Source: Clostridia bacterium | Lineage (GTDB): Bacteria; Bacillota; Clostridia; RGIG6154 | NCBI GenBank assembly: GCA_045589295.1 | Contig: JAZNOU010000012.1 | Coordinates: forward strand, 183,230 to 247,229 | Length of the DNA stretch: 64,000 bases | Reading direction: 5' to 3' | In this document: positions 9,156 to 19,376 of the stretch, one piece after another | Layout: every line of letters begins with the position of its first letter | Numbering within the stretch: the stretch's first letter is position 1 | The notes under the pieces: generated by a model | Seen by the model: the letters and a program-made list of their open reading frames with translations, nothing else | Told to the model about the DNA's origin: nothing | Databases searched by the model: none | Program-made: the position numbers and the translations under genes

Positions 9156-10970
9156 GTGGGCATTATTGATAACATTAATTCGCCAAAAGACGTTAAAAAA
9201 CTTAATAATGCCGAGCTTAAGAGGTTAGCTGGTGAGATAAGAGAAAGCTTGCTTAAGTCAGTGTCAAAAACAGGGGGACATTTGGCTTCAAATTTAGGAA
9301 TAGTTGAAGTTACTCTTGCGCTTTTTAAGGTGTTTAATTTGCCTGAAGATAAGATTGTATATGACGTTGGACATCAGTGCTATGTACATAAAATTTTGAC
9401 CGGCAGAAAAGACCGTATGGACAGTTTAAGAACGCATGGCGGTTTGGCGGGATTTCCCAAAATTCAGGAAAGCGAGTATGACTTTTTTAACACAGGACAT
9501 TCAGGAAATTCGGTTTCTGTCGCAATGGCACTTGCCGAGGCAAACAGATTGAATGAAAAAGATGCATTTGCAATTGCAGTAATTGGTGACGGCTCGTTAT
9601 CAAATGGACTTGCTTTTGAGGGGCTTAATAACGCAGGCAGAAAAAAATCAAATCTCGTTGTTGTTTTAAATGACAACGAAATGAGCATATCACAAAATGT
9701 TGGCAGTCTTAGCAATTACTTGAGTATGCTCAGAACTAAACCTGAGTATTCAGGTTTTAAGAAGAAAGTTGAACGAGGACTTGGACATATAAAGGGAATT
9801 GGTGAGGGTATTGCCAAGGCGCTTTCTGTTACCAAAGACAGTCTAAAGCACCTTTTAATTCCAGACACAGTGTTTGAAGCACTGGGTTTTACCTATGTTG
9901 GTCCTATAGATGGACATGATATTGAGCTTTTAACAACAGTGTTTGAGCAGATTAAGACTATTGACAAGCCTGTTTTAGTTCACGTTATTACCAAAAAAGG
10001 TAAGGGGTATTCTTTTGCAGAAAACAATCCTGCAGCGTACCACGGAATTGGCCCGTTTGACATAAAAAAACCATTGTTTTTACAGCAAAAAAAAGAGTCT
10101 TATGCATTTGCACTTGATGAAATTTTATGCAAAGAGGCGGAAGTAAATAAAGATGTAATAGGAATTTGCGCGGCAATGGAACATGCTGTTGGAATGAACA
10201 AATTCCACAAAAAATTCCCTGACAGATTTTATGATGCAGGAATATGCGAAGGACATGCTGTGACTTTTGCAGCGGGGCTTGCTGCAGCAGGTAAAATTCC
10301 TGTGGTTGCAATTTATTCAACCTTTATGCAAAGGGCGTACGATAATATAATAAGCGATGTTGCGCTGACTAATCAGCACGTTGTATTTTGTATGGACAGG
10401 GCAGGAATAACAGGTCAGGACGGGGAAACTCATCATGGTGTTTTTGATGTTTCTTTTATGCTTCACATACCGAATATGACGGTCTTGACACCTAGAAATT
10501 CAAATGTGTTCAGACTTGCTCTTAAGGCGGCGATTAACGATATAAATGGACCTGTTGCAATAAGATATCCTAAATCGGAATCAAACGATATGTCATCTCC
10601 GGATGATATTTTCAAGGCGGAATTTTTGCGCGAGGGTAAAAATGTTACCGTTATTACAATGTCGCAGATGACTGAAGTGGTTATGGCTCTGGATTTTGAT
10701 GGTGACCATATAAATTTAAACAGTATAAAACCTATTGACAAGGATGCTATTATCAAATCTGCAATAAAAACCAAAAGAGTTGTAACTGTTGAGGACAATA
10801 TTGTAAAAGGCGGAATGGGTGAAACGATTTCAGATATTTTAAAAGAACTTGACGTGAAAGTTGTTAATCTAGGCATAAAAGACAGTTTTGTCAAGCATGG
10901 TAAAACAAGTGAGCTGTTAGATGAAATTGGACTTGGCGGTAAGGATATTCAAAAGGTGATTTTAGAATGA
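9156..10970 (+). CDS. dxs: 1-deoxy-D-xylulose-5-phosphate synthase
   Basis: GGHLASNLG, DVGHQCYVHK, GDG...LNDN TPP motif, YSTFMQRAYD, DGETHHG. Confidence 0.97.
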   Translation: MGIIDNINSPKDVKKLNNAELKRLAGEIRESLLKSVSKTGGHLASNLGIVEVTLALFKVFNLPEDKIVYDVGHQCYVHKILTGRKDRMDSLRTHGGLAGFPKIQESEYDFFNTGHSGNSVSVAMALAEANRLNEKDAFAIAVIGDGSLSNGLAFEGLNNAGRKKSNLVVVLNDNEMSISQNVGSLSNYLSMLRTKPEYSGFKKKVERGLGHIKGIGEGIAKALSVTKDSLKHLLIPDTVFEALGFTYVGPIDGHDIELLTTVFEQIKTIDKPVLVHVITKKGKGYSFAENNPAAYHGIGPFDIKKPLFLQQKKESYAFALDEILCKEAEVNKDVIGICAAMEHAVGMNKFHKKFPDRFYDAGICEGHAVTFAAGLAAAGKIPVVAIYSTFMQRAYDNIISDVALTNQHVVFCMDRAGITGQDGETHHGVFDVSFMLHIPNMTVLTPRNSNVFRLALKAAINDINGPVAIRYPKSESNDMSSPDDIFKAEFLREGKNVTVITMSQMTEVVMALDFDGDHINLNSIKPIDKDAIIKSAIKTKRVVTVEDNIVKGGMGETISDILKELDVKVVNLGIKDSFVKHGKTSELLDEIGLGGKDIQKVILE

Positions 10971-11764
10971 AGACAAGGCTTGATGTATATCTTTTTGAAA
11001 ATAATCTGGCAGAAAGCAGAGAAAAAGCAAAAAGCATTATTATGAGTGGAAATGTGTATGTCAACAATCAAAAAGCCGACAAGGCGGGGTTTGTAGTAAA
11101 TGATGGTGATAGTGTTGAAGTAAGAGGCAAGCAAAATCCTTATGTAAGCCGAGGCGGATTAAAGCTTGACAAGGCAATGAAGGTATTTGACATAACACTT
11201 AAGGATAAGGTTTGTATGGACATCGGTGCTTCAACCGGCGGATTTACAGACTGTATGCTTCAAAACGGGGCAAAAAAAGTTTTTTCTGTTGATGTTGGCT
11301 ATGGTCAACTTGCATGGAAGTTAAGATGCGACGAAAGAGTCGTTAATATGGAAAGAACCAACATAAGAAACGTAACAAAGGAGCAAATTGCACAAGATAT
11401 TGATTTTGCATCTGTTGATGTTTCGTTTATTTCACTAAAACACGTTTTGCCTGTTGCAAAACAGCTTTTAGCAGAAGGAGGCGAAATGGTTTGTCTTATA
11501 AAACCGCAATTTGAAGCGGGAAGAGAAAAGGTTGGTAAAAAGGGCGTTGTAAGGGATATTAATGTTCACTACGAGGTAGTTTATAACATAATTGAGCTTG
11601 CAAAAAGCGAGGGCTTTTATCCCAGTGCACTTGACTATTCACCAATCAAAGGACCAGAAGGGAATATTGAATATATAATTCACTTAAAAACAATTGAAAC
11701 AGAAAGTGAAATTGATGTTAAAAAAGTGGTGGATTTAAGCCACGAAAATTTATCAGCACTTTAA
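10967..11764 (+). CDS. tlyA: TlyA family rRNA 2'-O-methyltransferase
   Basis: S4 domain, YVSRGGLKL, DIGASTGGFTD, DVSFISL, LIKPQFE, GNIEY. Confidence 0.95.
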   Translation: MKTRLDVYLFENNLAESREKAKSIIMSGNVYVNNQKADKAGFVVNDGDSVEVRGKQNPYVSRGGLKLDKAMKVFDITLKDKVCMDIGASTGGFTDCMLQNGAKKVFSVDVGYGQLAWKLRCDERVVNMERTNIRNVTKEQIAQDIDFASVDVSFISLKHVLPVAKQLLAEGGEMVCLIKPQFEAGREKVGKKGVVRDINVHYEVVYNIIELAKSEGFYPSALDYSPIKGPEGNIEYIIHLKTIETESEIDVKKVVDLSHENLSAL

Positions 11765-11777
11765 GAGGTGTATGTTT

Positions 11778-12620
11778 ATGAAAAAAATTGCACTTATAAC
11801 AAATTTAACAAGGGACAAAGATTTAGAGCACACAAGAAATGTTGCAAAGAGTCTTTGTGAGTTTGGTGCGCAAATTTTTTCAAATATAAAGGAAATAGAA
11901 AACACTACTTATGCAGAAATTGAAGATGCCTTTAAAAATGCAGATATGGCGGTTGTTTTAGGCGGCGACGGAACACTTATAAGAGCGTCTAAGTATGCTA
12001 TAAAATATGATGTTCCCATTTTGGGATACAATATAGGAAATCTCGGATTTTTAGTTGAACTTGAAAAAGGCGAGAAAGATGAACTTTCAAAGATTTTTAC
12101 CGACGAGTATGAAATTGAAAACAGAATTATGCTGCATGTAAGTGTTTCAAGAAACGGTGAAGAGATTTTCAAATCAACTGCATTAAATGATGTTGCAGTT
12201 TCGCGCGGTGTTATCTCAAAAATGACACATCTTAAACTTAGTGTTGATAACAAATACGTAAGTGACTATTATGCAGACGGCATAGTGATTGCAACACCTA
12301 CAGGTTCGACCGCATATTCGTTGTCGGCGGGAGGACCGGTTGTAGCACCAAACCTTGATGTTATGATTATAACACCCATTTGTGCACACACCGTAACTTC
12401 AAGACCAATGGTTATTTCAGATAAAAGCACAGTGGATATAAGCGTTGATATTTACCACAGTGAAGATGTTGTGGTTATGTGCGACGGGGAGCGCGGCATT
12501 GAGCTTAAAAGCGGTGATGTTGTTACAGTTACAAAAGAAGAAAGATGCGCAAAGCTTATAAGGTTTGGAAAGAGAAGCTTTTTTGATGTGCTTCATCAAA
12601 AACTTTCGGAGAGAAAATAA
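11778..12620 (+). CDS. nadK: NAD kinase
   Basis: GGDGT, GNLGFL, DGIVIATPTGSTAYSLSAGGP; start chosen from RBS spacing. Confidence 0.95.
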   Translation: MKKIALITNLTRDKDLEHTRNVAKSLCEFGAQIFSNIKEIENTTYAEIEDAFKNADMAVVLGGDGTLIRASKYAIKYDVPILGYNIGNLGFLVELEKGEKDELSKIFTDEYEIENRIMLHVSVSRNGEEIFKSTALNDVAVSRGVISKMTHLKLSVDNKYVSDYYADGIVIATPTGSTAYSLSAGGPVVAPNLDVMIITPICAHTVTSRPMVISDKSTVDISVDIYHSEDVVVMCDGERGIELKSGDVVTVTKEERCAKLIRFGKRSFFDVLHQKLSERK

Positions 12621-12636
12621 TTTTGGAGGAATAAAA

Positions 12637-13092
12637 ATGTCCAAAAAGAGAAGACATGACGAAATTTTGAGACTTATCAGTGAAAATGTAATAGAAACAC
12701 AAGGTCAGCTTACTCAGCTTTTGTTGGATGAGGGTTTTGATGTTACGCAGGCCACAGTTTCAAGAGATATAAAAGAATTAAGGCTTGTTAAGGTTTCTGA
12801 CTACGACGATAACTACAGATATGCAATGTCAAGAAATGAAAACCATGCTTCAATTATGTCAAGAAACGTTCAGCTTTTAAAGCATGTTATTTTAAGCGTT
12901 GAAAGTGCGAAAAATATTGTTGTTATTAAAACTCTGGCAGGTTCAGCACAGGGGTGTGCAAGTGCTTTAGAGTCAATGAATTTTGAAAAAATAGTTGGAG
13001 TTATTGCAGGGGATGATACCATTTTTGCAGTAGTTCCTGATGATTCGGATGCTAACAGACTCATTCGAAAAATAGAAGAGGTATTAAAGTAA
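12637..13092 (+). CDS. argR: Arginine repressor
   Basis: TQATVSRDIKEL and IAGDDTI; RBS ggagga before ATG at 12637. Confidence 0.95.
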   Translation: MSKKRRHDEILRLISENVIETQGQLTQLLLDEGFDVTQATVSRDIKELRLVKVSDYDDNYRYAMSRNENHASIMSRNVQLLKHVILSVESAKNIVVIKTLAGSAQGCASALESMNFEKIVGVIAGDDTIFAVVPDDSDANRLIRKIEEVLK

Positions 13093-14765
13093 TGCTCAGC
13101 CATTTACACATTGAAAACATAGCCATTATGGATAACGTAGACATAGAGCTTGAAAACGGCTTTCTTGCACTTACAGGTCAGACTGGTGCGGGAAAGTCTA
13201 TTATCATTGACTCTATTAATCTCTTAACAGGCGAAAGAAGTTCACGTGAGCTTGTTAAAAGTGGTAAAGACAAGGCTTTTGTTGAAGGTGTGGTTTATAC
13301 TGAAAATAAAGAGGCACTTGAAATTTTATCGCAAAACGGAATTGACGCTTTCGAGGGTGAGCCGCTTGTATTAAGCAGAGAAATTACCAAAGACGGCAGA
13401 AGCACAGTAAGAATTAACGGGAGAATTTCAACTACCCACGTATTAAAAGATGTTTGCTCTAAAATTATCAATATTCATGGTCAAAACGATAATCAAAGCA
13501 TTTTAGACACTAAATTCCACGGCCTTTTTTTAGACAGTTTTGCTTCTCTTTCAGATGAAATTGAAGAATATCAAAGCATTTTTGACGAGTTTGTAAAAAC
13601 GCAAAATCTTTTAAAGCAAACAGACCAGGATGAAGAACAAAAAGAGCAAAGGAAAGAATTTTTAGAGTTTCAGATAAATGAAATCGAGCAGGCAAATCTT
13701 ACTCTAGGAGAAGATGAAGAACTTTTAACCCAAAGACAAAGATTTTTGAACAATGAAAAGTTTGAAGAAAGCGTTAACAAAAGCTATTATGCCTTGGCGG
13801 GCTCGGAAGATTTTGATGGTGCGTGCTCTTTAGTGAAATCTGCACAGAAAGGTTTAGATGACCTTGCAAAGTTTGAACCCAGAGCAGAAAAAATTTCAGA
13901 GAAAATAAAAGACATTTTAAGTGAGCTTGAAGATATAAAGGAAACAGTTTACGACCTTAAAAATGATGATGACTTTGCAGAAATAGATATTAACTTTGTT
14001 GAGTCAAGAATAGATGTAATTAACCGCCTTAAAAGGAAATATGGGGGAGAAATTGAAGACATTTTAAGCAAAAAAGAAGAACTTACAGATGAACTTTCAG
14101 CTATTGAAAACAGTACAGAAAATAAAAAGGCTCTTAAAGAAAAAGCAGAAAAGTTAGAGCTTGAGCTTACAAAGAAAGCAGTAAAAATTGAAGCGGCAAG
14201 AAAACTTTCAGCAGAAAAACTTAAAAAAGAGGTAGCAAATCAGCTAAAAGACCTTGAGATGGAAAAGGTTGAGTTTGACACCAAGATTTCAAGATGCGAA
14301 TTTTCAAGACGCGGCTTTAACGATATTCAGTTTTTAATTTCAACAAACCCAGGTGAGCCTTTAAAACCGCTTAACAAAATCGCATCAGGCGGTGAACTTT
14401 CAAGAATTATTTTAGCATTAAAAGTTGTGCTTTCAGGAAAAGACAGCGTTTCAACTATGATTTTTGACGAGGTTGACGTAGGTGTCGGTGGAAGCGCGGC
14501 GCAGAAAATTGCAGAAAAGCTTAGAAGCATTTCAAAGGACAAGCAGGTTATTGTTATAACTCACTTGGCGCAAATTGCAAGTTTTGCAGATAACCACTAC
14601 CTTATTTCCAAAAAGGTTGAAAACGGAAATACTTATTCTGAAATAAATCTTTTGTCAGATACACAAAGAATAGATGAAATTGCTAGAATTATGAGTGGCA
14701 GCGTTATTACAGAAAGCACAAGGGGTGCTGCTGAAGAAATGATTAATATGGCAAAACAATTTTAA
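13092..14765 (+). CDS. recN: DNA repair protein RecN
   Basis: TGQTGAGKS, IHGQ, coiled coil, IASGGELSR, FDEVDVGVGG, ITHLAQIA. Confidence 0.97.
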   Translation: MLSHLHIENIAIMDNVDIELENGFLALTGQTGAGKSIIIDSINLLTGERSSRELVKSGKDKAFVEGVVYTENKEALEILSQNGIDAFEGEPLVLSREITKDGRSTVRINGRISTTHVLKDVCSKIINIHGQNDNQSILDTKFHGLFLDSFASLSDEIEEYQSIFDEFVKTQNLLKQTDQDEEQKEQRKEFLEFQINEIEQANLTLGEDEELLTQRQRFLNNEKFEESVNKSYYALAGSEDFDGACSLVKSAQKGLDDLAKFEPRAEKISEKIKDILSELEDIKETVYDLKNDDDFAEIDINFVESRIDVINRLKRKYGGEIEDILSKKEELTDELSAIENSTENKKALKEKAEKLELELTKKAVKIEAARKLSAEKLKKEVANQLKDLEMEKVEFDTKISRCEFSRRGFNDIQFLISTNPGEPLKPLNKIASGGELSRIILALKVVLSGKDSVSTMIFDEVDVGVGGSAAQKIAEKLRSISKDKQVIVITHLAQIASFADNHYLISKKVENGNTYSEINLLSDTQRIDEIARIMSGSVITESTRGAAEEMINMAKQF

Positions 14766-14774
14766 AGGTGAATT

Positions 14775-15182
14775 ATGGAACAGGCATTTGGCAGGATTGA
14801 AAGTATAAAAGGCGATTTAGCAGTTGTTTTAATACAAAGGGGAAGTATGTGCGGTGAAAATTGTTCATCTTGCGGTATGTGCGGCGGAGCAAAAACAAAA
14901 ATCACGGCAAAAAATACAATTGGTGCAAATGTTGGCGACAGTGTTGTTTTAAGCGTGCCTACTTCAAAGGGCTTGAAGGCAACATTGCTTGTTTACGGAG
15001 TTCCTGTTTGTATTTTGATATTGTCTGCTATATTGTTTCAAAATGTAGGTTTTTCGGAAAGCATTTCTGTGCTTTTTGGGTTTTTATTAATGGTAGTATG
15101 GTTTTTAGCTATATTTTTTTTAGAAAAAACAGGTAAATTTGAAAAAGATATATTGGCAAGTATAGTTAAAAAGAGGGGCTAA
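14775..15182 (+). CDS. RseC/MucC (SoxR-reducing system) family membrane protein
   Basis: RGSMCGENCSSCGMC Cys cluster, AKNTIGANVGDSV, LLVYGVP followed by two TM segments. Confidence 0.8.
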   Translation: MEQAFGRIESIKGDLAVVLIQRGSMCGENCSSCGMCGGAKTKITAKNTIGANVGDSVVLSVPTSKGLKATLLVYGVPVCILILSAILFQNVGFSESISVLFGFLLMVVWFLAIFFLEKTGKFEKDILASIVKKRG

Positions 15183-15196
15183 GGTCTCTCTTTTTT
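15168..15196 (+). terminator. Terminator of the OLE operon, overlapping the last stop codon
   Basis: aaaaagaggggc-taag-gtctctcttttt. Confidence 0.6.
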
Positions 15197-15247
15197 AATA
15201 AAACCACTTTTTTGTGTATATAATTACTACAGAAAGGTGGTAATTTT

Positions 15248-15781
15248 ATGACTAAAATTTTAAAGAAGTGGGAAATAGCAGGTTTTTTCTTTGTTGTCGC
15301 ACTTGGTACACTTGGACATTTTTTGTATGATTTAACAGGGCAAAATGAGATTATCGGAAAATTTTTTGCGACCAATGAAAGTACATGGGAGCATTTAAAA
15401 CTTTTGTTTTTTCCATGTGTTGTTTTTATGATTATAGAGTGGTTTTTTATCGGGAAAAACTACAAGGGATTTGTTTTTTCAAAGCTTGTAGGAGTGCTTT
15501 CGGGGCTTGTTTTGATTGTGGTGCTTTTTTACACATACACAGGTGTTTTGGGACAAAACGTTGACTTTTTAAACATTGCTATTTTTGTTATCGCTGCGGC
15601 ATTTTCGTTTTATATAAGCTACAGACTTTTATCAGGCGGTATAAGAGTAACGCTTACATTGCCGTCTTTGATTGCATTTATAGTAATTGCTGTGCTTTTT
15701 GTAACCTTTACAACCAATCCTCCAATGATTAATCTTTTTAAAGACCCTGTAACAGGAAGCTACGGAACTCAAAAACAATAG
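15248..15781 (+). CDS. DUF6512-like membrane protein
   Basis: GTLGHFLY...NESTWEHLKL...FYTYTG...LFKDP; about 5 TM segments. Confidence 0.75.
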   Translation: MTKILKKWEIAGFFFVVALGTLGHFLYDLTGQNEIIGKFFATNESTWEHLKLLFFPCVVFMIIEWFFIGKNYKGFVFSKLVGVLSGLVLIVVLFYTYTGVLGQNVDFLNIAIFVIAAAFSFYISYRLLSGGIRVTLTLPSLIAFIVIAVLFVTFTTNPPMINLFKDPVTGSYGTQKQ

Positions 15782-15834
15782 ACAAAGTACCTGCTTTGTG
15801 ATACAATAGAGAAAAAGTGTTTCAGGAGTACGTT

Positions 15835-17511
15835 ATGAAGAAAAAACTTTTTAAAATTTGCATATTACTGGCGGCAGTTTTTATCTGTCTTATTTTAGGC
15901 GCAAAAATTTCACCTGCATTTAAAAACTGTCTAAAAACAGCGCTTTTGCCTATTTTACCTGAGTCAAAGCCTGTGATTTTTTACTATGCAGATGCCAAGA
16001 AAGTGCACAGCTTAAATAACGTTGATATAAACAAAGTGGATTTTAAAGAAATTCAGAAAACAAAAGAAAAAACTTATGTAATAAATCATTCAAGGGGATA
16101 TGCATTAGAGTTTTCCAATGATACAAAGTTTGATTTTACAAAAGACAGCGACTATTTTACAGCCATCCAAAAGGATATGACAATCACTGTTTCAAAGGAG
16201 TTTTCACCATACCTTGATACAAAACAGTTTGTTGATGAGTCTTTGAATAAGTATTTTTTAAATGAAAAATTTGCTGAGCATAACAGAATTGAAATTCACA
16301 AAAATGCTATGGAAAAAATAGGGGACTACTGGATGCAGATTTCGGTTTTGTCAAGAACTAAGGCTCCTGGCAGTGAAGTTAAGTACAACACCTATGCACA
16401 GTGTATTATCTACACAGGTACAAGGCATTTTTACAGAATTTTATTTAAAACGGATAAGTATGATGAAAATCTGAAGGAGCAGATTTACAAAACTTTATAC
16501 TCATTTACGGATGGCATTGAAATTAAGGGTAAATCGGGCATCTTTACTGATTTTAAACCTATTCAGAATAAAAACTGGTCGGAAGAAACTAAAAAGCTAT
16601 ATGATGAAATTAAAAATTCAAGCGATGTAAAATGGGGCATTTTTGTTCCGTGGGCTGTTACAAACAGTGATTTTGAAGAAATCAAAACGATTGAAAAAGA
16701 AATAAACCATAAATTCTCAGGCGTTTTGGAGTATATGTATTTAGGGCAAAATGCACCGATTGAGGGTATGAAAAAGGCGTATGATGATGGAAAAATAATT
16801 GAACTTACTTTACAGACTTCAACCGTTATGAATCAAGATCTTGACAGTTATAACATAATGTTTGATATTATTGACGGGAAAAAGGACGACGAGATTATGG
16901 CGTTGGCTCAAAGTTTAAAAGAATTTGAGCACCCGTTTTTGTTCAGGCTTAATAATGAAATGAATTCTGATTGGACTACTTACGGGGGAAACGTAACTTT
17001 AAATGACCCTGAAATATTTGTCAGCGTATGGAGAAGAATTTACGACATCTTTGAAAAGGTAGGAGTAAACAATGCTATATGGGTATTTAATCCTAACGAC
17101 CAAAGCTTTCCTACAATGGGCTTTAATTCGAGCACTGCTTATTACCCGGGTAACGGATATGTGCATATTTTCGGAGTAACAGGCTACAATACAGGGACAT
17201 ACTATGAAGAAAAATATATGGAAAAATGGGAAGAGTTCGACGAAATTTATTCTGAAATTGTAAAGTCGAGCCAAAAAACATATGGTAAATTCCCCTGGAT
17301 AATAACTGAATTTGCATCGTCAGGAATTGGCGGAGATAAAGCAAAGTGGATTGAAAATATGTTTGTTTCAATTAAGAATTATCCGCAAATTAAAATGGCT
17401 TTCTGGTTTTCAAGCGCTGACTACGATGAAAACGGAAATGTTGCCCGTTCTTATTGGTTGAATGAAAATGAAACATGTTTGGATGCATTTAAAAGGAATT
17501 TGAATAAATAA
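15835..17511 (+). CDS. Membrane-anchored GH26-like glycoside hydrolase
   Basis: N-terminal hydrophobic segment; PFLFRLNNEMNSDW, WVFNPN, YYPGNGYVH, GYN, ITEFAS. Confidence 0.85.
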   Translation: MKKKLFKICILLAAVFICLILGAKISPAFKNCLKTALLPILPESKPVIFYYADAKKVHSLNNVDINKVDFKEIQKTKEKTYVINHSRGYALEFSNDTKFDFTKDSDYFTAIQKDMTITVSKEFSPYLDTKQFVDESLNKYFLNEKFAEHNRIEIHKNAMEKIGDYWMQISVLSRTKAPGSEVKYNTYAQCIIYTGTRHFYRILFKTDKYDENLKEQIYKTLYSFTDGIEIKGKSGIFTDFKPIQNKNWSEETKKLYDEIKNSSDVKWGIFVPWAVTNSDFEEIKTIEKEINHKFSGVLEYMYLGQNAPIEGMKKAYDDGKIIELTLQTSTVMNQDLDSYNIMFDIIDGKKDDEIMALAQSLKEFEHPFLFRLNNEMNSDWTTYGGNVTLNDPEIFVSVWRRIYDIFEKVGVNNAIWVFNPNDQSFPTMGFNSSTAYYPGNGYVHIFGVTGYNTGTYYEEKYMEKWEEFDEIYSEIVKSSQKTYGKFPWIITEFASSGIGGDKAKWIENMFVSIKNYPQIKMAFWFSSADYDENGNVARSYWLNENETCLDAFKRNLNK

Positions 17512-17516
17512 ATTTT

Positions 17517-17575
17517 GGCTTTTTCAGGAGATTTCAAATGATGAAATTTTTGTGAAAAAGCCGTTCTTTTTTTAA
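17517..17575 (+). terminator. Long hairpin, probable terminator
   Basis: ggctttttca-ggagatttca...tgaaattttt-g-tgaaaaagcc followed by a T-rich run. Confidence 0.55.
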
Positions 17576-17580
17576 AAAAA

Positions 17581-17609
17581 TTGACTTTATTATTTTAAAG
17601 GTGTATAAT
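17581..17609 (+). promoter_or_regulatory. sigmaA promoter of the ABC exporter
   Basis: TTGACT-17 nt-TATAAT. Confidence 0.8.
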
Positions 17610-17639
17610 TTTATAGTTAATAAAATGTTTGGAGGCAGT

Positions 17640-19376
17640 ATGATAAAGGAACTTTCAAAATGCATAGGTAAGTATAAATTGCCGTCAATTTTATCACCTC
17701 TTTTCATAACAGGAGAGGTTATACTGGAGGTTTTAATTCCATTTTTGATGGCAACTATTATTGACGAGGGCATAAATAAAGGAAATATGAAGGTTGTAAC
17801 GGTGACAGGTGCAGTTTTGACGTTTTTGGCGCTTTTATCACTTGTTTGCGGTGCACTTTCAGGAAAATATGCAGCGATTGCATCAGCGGGTTTTGCGAAA
17901 AATTTAAGAAAGAAAATGTTTTTTAAAATTCAGGACTACTCTTTTAAAAACATTGATAAGTTTTCAACGGCAAGCTTAGTCACAAGAATGACAACTGATG
18001 TTACAAATATTCAAAACTCTTATCAGATGATTATACGTGTTGCGGTGCGTTCGCCGATTATGATGGTAACTTCTTTGGTTATGGCGTTTTCGGTACACAC
18101 TAAGCTTTCTTTAATTTTTCTTGCAATTCTTCCTGTTTTAGGTATAGGACTTTATCTTATTATGACAAATGCTCACCCTATTTTTGAAAGAGTTTTTAAA
18201 ATTTATGATAAGTTAAACACAATCGTTCAGGAGAATTTAAGAGGTATCCGTGTTGTTAAGGCTTATGTAAGAGAAGAATACGAAAAAGATAAGTTTTTTG
18301 ATGCCTCAGAGGGAATGTATCAGGGCTTTTCAAATGCGGATAAGCTTTTAGCATACAATGCGCCTTTAATGCAATTTTGCGTGTATACGGCCATGCTTTT
18401 GATTTCGTGGTTTGGTGCACACTTAATTGTAAGTGACGTTTTTACAACAGGTAAGCTTGTAACACTTATTTCCTATGTAATGCAAATTCTTCACAGCCTT
18501 ATGATGCTTTCAATGATATTTGTTATGATTACCATGTCAAAGGCATCAGCTAAAAGAATTGTTGAAGTTATAAAAGAGGAACCTGATATTAAAAATCCTG
18601 AAAATCCTGTTATGGAAGTAAAATCAGGTGATATTACATTTGAAAATGTACATTTTGGATATTCTGAAAACAAAAATTGTTTGCAAAACATTAACTTAAA
18701 CATTAAAAGCGGAGAAACAATTGGCATTTTAGGTGAAACGGGAAGCGGAAAATCAAGCCTTGTTCAGCTTATTTCAAGACTTTATGACGCAACCGAAGGA
18801 AGCGTTAAGGTTGGCGGAGTAGACGTAAGAGATTATGATATTGCCGTTCTTCGCGATGCGGTTTCTGTTGTTTTGCAGAAAAACGTACTTTTTTCAGGTA
18901 CAATAAAAGAGAATTTAAGATGGGGTAACAAAGAGGCAACTGATGAAGAAATTGTAAATGCCTGCCGTCTTGCTCAGGCAGATGAGTTTATAAATTCGTT
19001 TCCTGATAAATATGATACTTTTATCGAACAGGGAGGAAGCAATGTGTCGGGCGGACAAAAACAAAGACTTTGTATTGCCCGTGCGCTTTTGAAAAATCCT
19101 AAAATCTTAATTTTAGATGACTCAACAAGTGCGGTTGACACAAGGACAGATGCAGCCTTAAGAAAAGCATTCAAGGAGGCAATCCCAAGTACAACCAAGC
19201 TTATTATTGCCCAAAGAATTTCATCTGTTATGGATGCAGATAAAATTATTGTTATTGATGGCGGAAAAATTTCAGCATTCGGCACACACGACGTGCTAAT
19301 TAAAACTAACGAAATATACAAGCAGGTGTACGAATCTCAAAGTAAAGGGGGATTAAGCGATGGGACCGATGCCTAG
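17640..19376 (+). CDS. Heterodimeric ABC exporter subunit (degenerate site)
   Basis: TMD plus NBD; GETGSGKS, SGGQKQR, Walker B LILDD (D for E), switch AQR (Q for H). Confidence 0.92.
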   Translation: MIKELSKCIGKYKLPSILSPLFITGEVILEVLIPFLMATIIDEGINKGNMKVVTVTGAVLTFLALLSLVCGALSGKYAAIASAGFAKNLRKKMFFKIQDYSFKNIDKFSTASLVTRMTTDVTNIQNSYQMIIRVAVRSPIMMVTSLVMAFSVHTKLSLIFLAILPVLGIGLYLIMTNAHPIFERVFKIYDKLNTIVQENLRGIRVVKAYVREEYEKDKFFDASEGMYQGFSNADKLLAYNAPLMQFCVYTAMLLISWFGAHLIVSDVFTTGKLVTLISYVMQILHSLMMLSMIFVMITMSKASAKRIVEVIKEEPDIKNPENPVMEVKSGDITFENVHFGYSENKNCLQNINLNIKSGETIGILGETGSGKSSLVQLISRLYDATEGSVKVGGVDVRDYDIAVLRDAVSVVLQKNVLFSGTIKENLRWGNKEATDEEIVNACRLAQADEFINSFPDKYDTFIEQGGSNVSGGQKQRLCIARALLKNPKILILDDSTSAVDTRTDAALRKAFKEAIPSTTKLIIAQRISSVMDADKIIVIDGGKISAFGTHDVLIKTNEIYKQVYESQSKGGLSDGTDA

